64,000 nucleotides of DNA from an uncultured Actinomycetes bacterium (GTDB lineage: Bacteria; Actinomycetota; Thermoleophilia; Gaiellales; JAICJC01), in NCBI GenBank assembly GCA_963760755.1, contig CAVXEE010000004.1:627235-691234 (forward strand). Direction: 5' to 3'. This document shows positions 59,850 to 64,000 of the stretch, piece by piece. Position 1 is the stretch's first letter; each line of letters begins with the position of its first letter. The notes beneath the pieces are model-generated. The model saw only the letters and a list, made by a program, of their open reading frames with translations, did no database searches and was not told the DNA's origin. A program made the position numbers and the translations under genes.

Positions 59850-60712
59850 TCCACCGTCACGCCGCGCGCGGCGACGGCGAGCGGCAGTACCCGCGCGGCC
59901 AGGCCGGTCAGGCCGGCTGCGACCCTCGCCCCCGCCCCCCGCTCGCACCACACGAGCACCGACGGCCCGGCGCCCGAGAGCGTGGCGCCGAAGGCGGGCA
60001 GGCCCGCGAGCCGTTCCCGCACCGTCGCAAGCAGCGGCACGAGCGGGGCGCGATAGGGCTCGTGCAGGCGGTCGTCGAGCGCGTCTGCGAGCGCGTCCGT
60101 GCGGGCGTGCTCGAGCGCCGCCACGAGCAGGGCTGCCCGCGCGGCGGTGTGCACGGCGTCGGCGTGCCCGACCTGGGCGGGGAGGGCCGCCCGCGCGCGC
60201 TCGGTGGCGAGCTCGTCGCCGGCGACGACGGCCACGAGGTCGACCGGCGGGTCGGCCAGCCGCAGCGCGCGCACGCCCTCGGTCCCCTCCCATGCCAGCG
60301 TGACGCCGCCGAGCAGCGCCGCCGCGACGTTGTCGGGATGCCCTTCGAGCGCGGCCGCCTGGGGCAGTGCGTCGTCGCCGCCGCCCTGCCAGGCCAGGCC
60401 GGCGGTGACGCCCGCGGCGATGGTGGCGGCGCTCGATCCCAGGCCTCGGGCGAAGGGGATCCGGTTTCGCATCTCGATCGCGAGGCCGGCCGGATCGGCG
60501 CCCGTCGCCGCGAAGGCGCGCACGAACAGGTTCGAGGCGTCCGTGGGCACGCCGGCGGCGCCCTCGCCCTCGGCGCGCACGGACACGCCGTCACCTCCGG
60601 CGGCGGAAACGGCGATCTCGTTGCGCAGCTCGAGCGCGACGGCCAGGCAGTCGAACCCCGGGCCGAGGTTGGCCGACGACGCCGGCACCGACAGCGTCAG
60701 CCGGTCAGGCAA
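59846..60712 (-). CDS. thrB: Homoserine kinase
   Basis: [46 protein letters not shown]. Confidence 0.95.
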   Translation of the reverse strand: MPDRLTLSVPASSANLGPGFDCLAVALELRNEIAVSAAGGDGVSVRAEGEGAAGVPTDASNLFVRAFAATGADPAGLAIEMRNRIPFARGLGSSAATIAAGVTAGLAWQGGGDDALPQAAALEGHPDNVAAALLGGVTLAWEGTEGVRALRLADPPVDLVAVVAGDELATERARAALPAQVGHADAVHTAARAALLVAALEHARTDALADALDDRLHEPYRAPLVPLLATVRERLAGLPAFGATLSGAGPSVLVWCERGAGARVAAGLTGLAARVLPLAVAARGVTVE

Positions 60713-61751
60713 CGGCCGCCTCGCCGGCGAAGGCGAGCTCCTCGAGGCGGTCGATCTGCGGCGGGCAGCGCAGGATCTCGGCCCCTTCCGCCCCGGCGGT
60801 GTCGGGATCCTTCAGGCCGTGCCCCGTGAGCACGCAGACGACGGTCGCGCCGGGCTCGACCAGGCCGTCGGCGGCCGCCTCGAGCAGCGCGCCGACCGAC
60901 GCGGCCGACGCCGGCTCGCAGAAGACGCCCTCCTCCTGGGCGAGCAGCCGGTAGGCGGCCAGGATCGTCTCGTCCGGCAGCGCCCGCACGCCCCCCGCCG
61001 ACTCCGAGATCGCCTGCAGCGCCTCCTCGAGCCGGGCCGGGTTCCCGATCCGGATCGCCGTCGCCACCGTCTCGGGATGGGCCACCGGCTTGCCGGTGAT
61101 GAGCGGTGCGGCTCCAGCCGCCTGGCCGGCCAGCATGTGCGGGGCCACGCCGAGCTCCCCGAATCCCTTCCAGTAGGCGGTGATGTTGCCGCCGTTTCCG
61201 ACCGGCAGCGCCAGCCAGTCCGGCGCGCCCCCGAGCTCCTCCACCACCTCGAACGCCGCCGTCTTCTGCCCCTCGAGCCGGTACGGGTTCACCGAGTTCA
61301 AGAGCGCGATGTCACGTCGCGAGACGAGCTCGCGGACGAGCCCGAGCGCGTCGTCGAAATCGCCCTGGACGGCGATGACGCGCGCGCCGGCGATCTGGGC
61401 CTGGGCGAGCTTGCCGCGCGCGATCGCACCCTCGGGCAGCACCACCGCGAGCCGCAGGCCGGCGCGCGCGCAGTAGGCGGCCGCCGACGCCGACGTGTTG
61501 CCCGTCGACGCGCACACGGCCTCGCTCGCGCCCTCCTCGAGCGCCTTGGAGACCGCCATCGTCATGCCCCGGTCCTTGAACGAGCCGGTCGGGTTCGCGC
61601 CCTCGTACTTCAGGTACACGTTGCAGCCGGTGTGCGCCGAGATGTACGGCGCCTCGAGCAGCGGGGTCGAGCCCTCACCCAGGGTGATGACCGGAGTCGC
61701 GGCGCTCACCGGCAGCCGGTCGCGGTAGCGCTCGATCAGCCCCGGGGGCAA
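60705..61751 (-). CDS. thrC: Threonine synthase
   Basis: [53 protein letters not shown]; start approximate. Confidence 0.94.
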   Translation of the reverse strand: MPPGLIERYRDRLPVSAATPVITLGEGSTPLLEAPYISAHTGCNVYLKYEGANPTGSFKDRGMTMAVSKALEEGASEAVCASTGNTSASAAAYCARAGLRLAVVLPEGAIARGKLAQAQIAGARVIAVQGDFDDALGLVRELVSRRDIALLNSVNPYRLEGQKTAAFEVVEELGGAPDWLALPVGNGGNITAYWKGFGELGVAPHMLAGQAAGAAPLITGKPVAHPETVATAIRIGNPARLEEALQAISESAGGVRALPDETILAAYRLLAQEEGVFCEPASAASVGALLEAAADGLVEPGATVVCVLTGHGLKDPDTAGAEGAEILRCPPQIDRLEELAFAGEAAVA

Positions 61752-61762
61752 CTGACCTGCGC

Positions 61763-62428
61763 CTACGAGGACACGGGCATCAGCACCCGTTTCAGGTCGT
61801 CCTCGGCGCCGGGCTCGAGGATCGCCATGACCAGGTCGCCCGGACGCAGCTCGGTGTCGCCGATCGCGATCTCGGCCCGGCCGTCGCGCGTCACCGAGAT
61901 CAGCCGCGACTTGCTGGGCAGGTTCAGGTCGCGCACCGGCCGGCCCGCCGCGGGCGAGCGGTCGTCGATCGCGAACTCGACGATCTCGAGGTTCTCGCGG
62001 CGCAGGTCGAGCAGGGTGACGAGCTCGTGCTCGGGCAGCTCGTGCTCGATCAGCGCGAGGATGGTGGCGGTGGCCGACACGGTCAGGCCGACACCGACCA
62101 TGTCGAAGTGCGGCTGGTTGCGCGGGTCGTTCACCCGGGCGATGCACTTGGCGACGCCGTACTTCTCCTTGGCGACCTGGCAGACGATCACGTTGTCCTC
62201 GTCGTCGCCGGTCACCGCGACCACGAGGTCGGCGCGCTCGACACCCGCCCGCTCGAGCACGAAGAGCTCGGTGGCGTCGCCGTAGCGGACGACGTGCTCG
62301 AACCGCTCCTCGAGGCGGGCGTAGCGCTCGCGGTCGTTCTCGAGCAGCGTCACCTCGTGCCCCATCTTGAGCAGCGTGCTGGCAAGGTTCGACCCCACCT
62401 TGCCGCCACCGGCGATCAGGATGTACAC
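61763..62428 (-). CDS. TrkA-family RCK protein (TrkA-N plus TrkA-C)
   Basis: [30 protein letters not shown]-terminal RCK_C. Confidence 0.9.
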   Translation of the reverse strand: MYILIAGGGKVGSNLASTLLKMGHEVTLLENDRERYARLEERFEHVVRYGDATELFVLERAGVERADLVVAVTGDDEDNVIVCQVAKEKYGVAKCIARVNDPRNQPHFDMVGVGLTVSATATILALIEHELPEHELVTLLDLRRENLEIVEFAIDDRSPAAGRPVRDLNLPSKSRLISVTRDGRAEIAIGDTELRPGDLVMAILEPGAEDDLKRVLMPVSS

Positions 62429-62449
62429 GACTCGCCCGCCGTCGCCCTC

Positions 62450-62866
62450 TTACGCGACCCGGCCGGGGTTGTCGCAGATGGCCTGAAAGGCCGTGTCGAT
62501 CACCGCGGACGTCGCGCACACCGTCTGCAGGCCGAGCGTGCGGTAGAACGCCGCGCGGGCCGGGTCGAGCACGCGGGTGACGACGCACGGCACGCCGAAG
62601 CGCTTCTGCGCGACCTGGGCGATGACGATGTTGGTGTTGTCGCCGTCGGTGGCGATGATCGCCGCGTCGGCGCTCTCGATGCCGGCGTCGATGAGCACGT
62701 CGGTGTCGAGGCCGTGGCCCTGCAGGAAGCGGCCCGGCCAGTCCTCCGGCAGCCGCGCAAGCGCCTCGGGATCCTCGTCGATGACGGTCACGTCGTGGCC
62801 TTCCGAGGTCATCTTGAGCGCGAGCGCAGAGCCCACCCGGCCACACCCGACGATCAGCAATCTCAT
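62450..62866 (-). CDS. Short TrkA-family protein (TrkA-N only)
   Basis: [27 protein letters not shown]. Confidence 0.88.
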   Translation of the reverse strand: MRLLIVGCGRVGSALALKMTSEGHDVTVIDEDPEALARLPEDWPGRFLQGHGLDTDVLIDAGIESADAAIIATDGDNTNIVIAQVAQKRFGVPCVVTRVLDPARAAFYRTLGLQTVCATSAVIDTAFQAICDNPGRVA

Positions 62867-62934
62867 GCCATGAAGCGTACAGCCTGGGCGGGGCCTGTGC
62901 CTGCCGTGCGCACGCTTCCACTATCGTCGGGCGG

Positions 62935-64000
62935 ATGAGCGAGACACGCATCGGACTGCTGGGTTTCGGCACGGTCGGCTCGGCCGTCGGCCGGCTGCTC
63001 GGCGAGGGCGCCGAGGCGATCGAGCGGGTGACCGGCGGCCCGGTCGTCGTGGCGGCGGCGCTCGTGCGCGACCCCGCCCGCCACCCGTCCGCGCCGGCCG
63101 GCCTGCTGACAACCGAGTTCGCGCGCCTGCGCGACGATCCGTCGATCACAGTCGTGGCCGAGGTGATGGGCGGCATCGAGCCGACGCGGACATACGTGCT
63201 CGAGCTGATGGCCGCGGGCAAGTCGGTGGTGTCGGCCAACAAGCAGCTGCTCGCGCGCCACGGCGAGGAGCTCTTCGCCGAGGCCGAGCGCCGCGGCGTC
63301 CAGCTGCGGTTCGAGGCCAGCGTGTGCGCGGCGATTCCCGTCGTCAAGGTGCTGCGCGAGTCGCTGATCGTGAGCGGCGTGCACCGCATCGACGGCATCG
63401 TCAACGGCACGACGAACTTCATCCTCACCCGGATGGTCACGGCCGGCGACACCTATGTCTCGGCGCTGCGCGAGGCGCAGGAGCTCGGGTACGCCGAGGC
63501 CGACCCGACCGAGGACGTCACCGGCGCCGATGCCGCCGCGAAGATCGCGATCCTGGCGTCGATCGCGTTCCACACCCGCGTCCATACCGACGAGGTCGAC
63601 CACGTCGGCATCGACGGACTCGACCTGGTCGACGTGCGCCACGCCGCCGCGCTCGGCTACCAGATCAAGCTGATCGCCTCGGCGATGCAGGTCGATGGCG
63701 CCGTGGTCGCGCGGGTGCATCCGTGCCTGCTCGACGCCGACCACCCGCTCGCCTCGGTGCAGGGCGCCTTCAACGCGGTCATGCTGCGCGGGAGCTCGAT
63801 CCGCGAGGTGATCCTCGAGGGCCCGGGCGCCGGCGGCGAGGAGACCGCCACCGCCGTGATCGGCGACCTGCTGGCCGTGATCGGCACATCCGGCACCGGC
63901 TTCCTCCAGCACGACGGCTACTACCGCGAGCTGCACCGGCTGCCGCTCGACGAGCTCCAGAGCCCGTTCTACCTGCGCTTCGAGGTCGACGACGAGCCCG
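62935..64000 (+). CDS. hom: Homoserine dehydrogenase (runs off window)
   Basis: [61 protein letters not shown]. Confidence 0.94.
   Translation, partial: MSETRIGLLGFGTVGSAVGRLLGEGAEAIERVTGGPVVVAAALVRDPARHPSAPAGLLTTEFARLRDDPSITVVAEVMGGIEPTRTYVLELMAAGKSVVSANKQLLARHGEELFAEAERRGVQLRFEASVCAAIPVVKVLRESLIVSGVHRIDGIVNGTTNFILTRMVTAGDTYVSALREAQELGYAEADPTEDVTGADAAAKIAILASIAFHTRVHTDEVDHVGIDGLDLVDVRHAAALGYQIKLIASAMQVDGAVVARVHPCLLDADHPLASVQGAFNAVMLRGSSIREVILEGPGAGGEETATAVIGDLLAVIGTSGTGFLQHDGYYRELHRLPLDELQSPFYLRFEVDDEP

Overview
Very GC-rich bacterial chromosomal window. Gene style and frequent leaderless starts suggest an actinobacterium, probably Thermoleophilia/Gaiellales-like (inference). Core genes are pheT/pheS, trmH-like, rplT-rpmI-infC with an L20-type leader, thrS, pcrA, tRNA-Val(GAC), thrB/thrC/hom and two trkA-like genes. 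Accessory blocks include a GntR-controlled peptide-ABC/amidohydrolase catabolic operon between thrS and infC, a liv-type ABC transporter, secreted phosphatases, and a five-gene polysaccharide operon (41.5-49.8 kb). The strongest candidate for an undescribed system is that operon: a class I hyaluronan-synthase-like GT2 paired with a UDP-HexNAc-type (not UDP-Glc-type) dehydrogenase, a tandem CE4 protein lacking its metal-binding histidines, its own GlmS and an Fn3-GH18 hydrolase. Other notable signals are an unannotated ~115-nt rod-shaped RNA behind a strong sigma-A-type promoter (20.8-20.98 kb), a 33-bp palindromic repeat in three copies (one in frame inside a protein, two donating stop codons), a possible beta-alanyl-amide catabolic cluster, an unannotated 43-aa membrane peptide divergent from a LysR gene, and four apparent single-base frameshifts that may be assembly errors. 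All calls come from reading the sequence; no searches were run.
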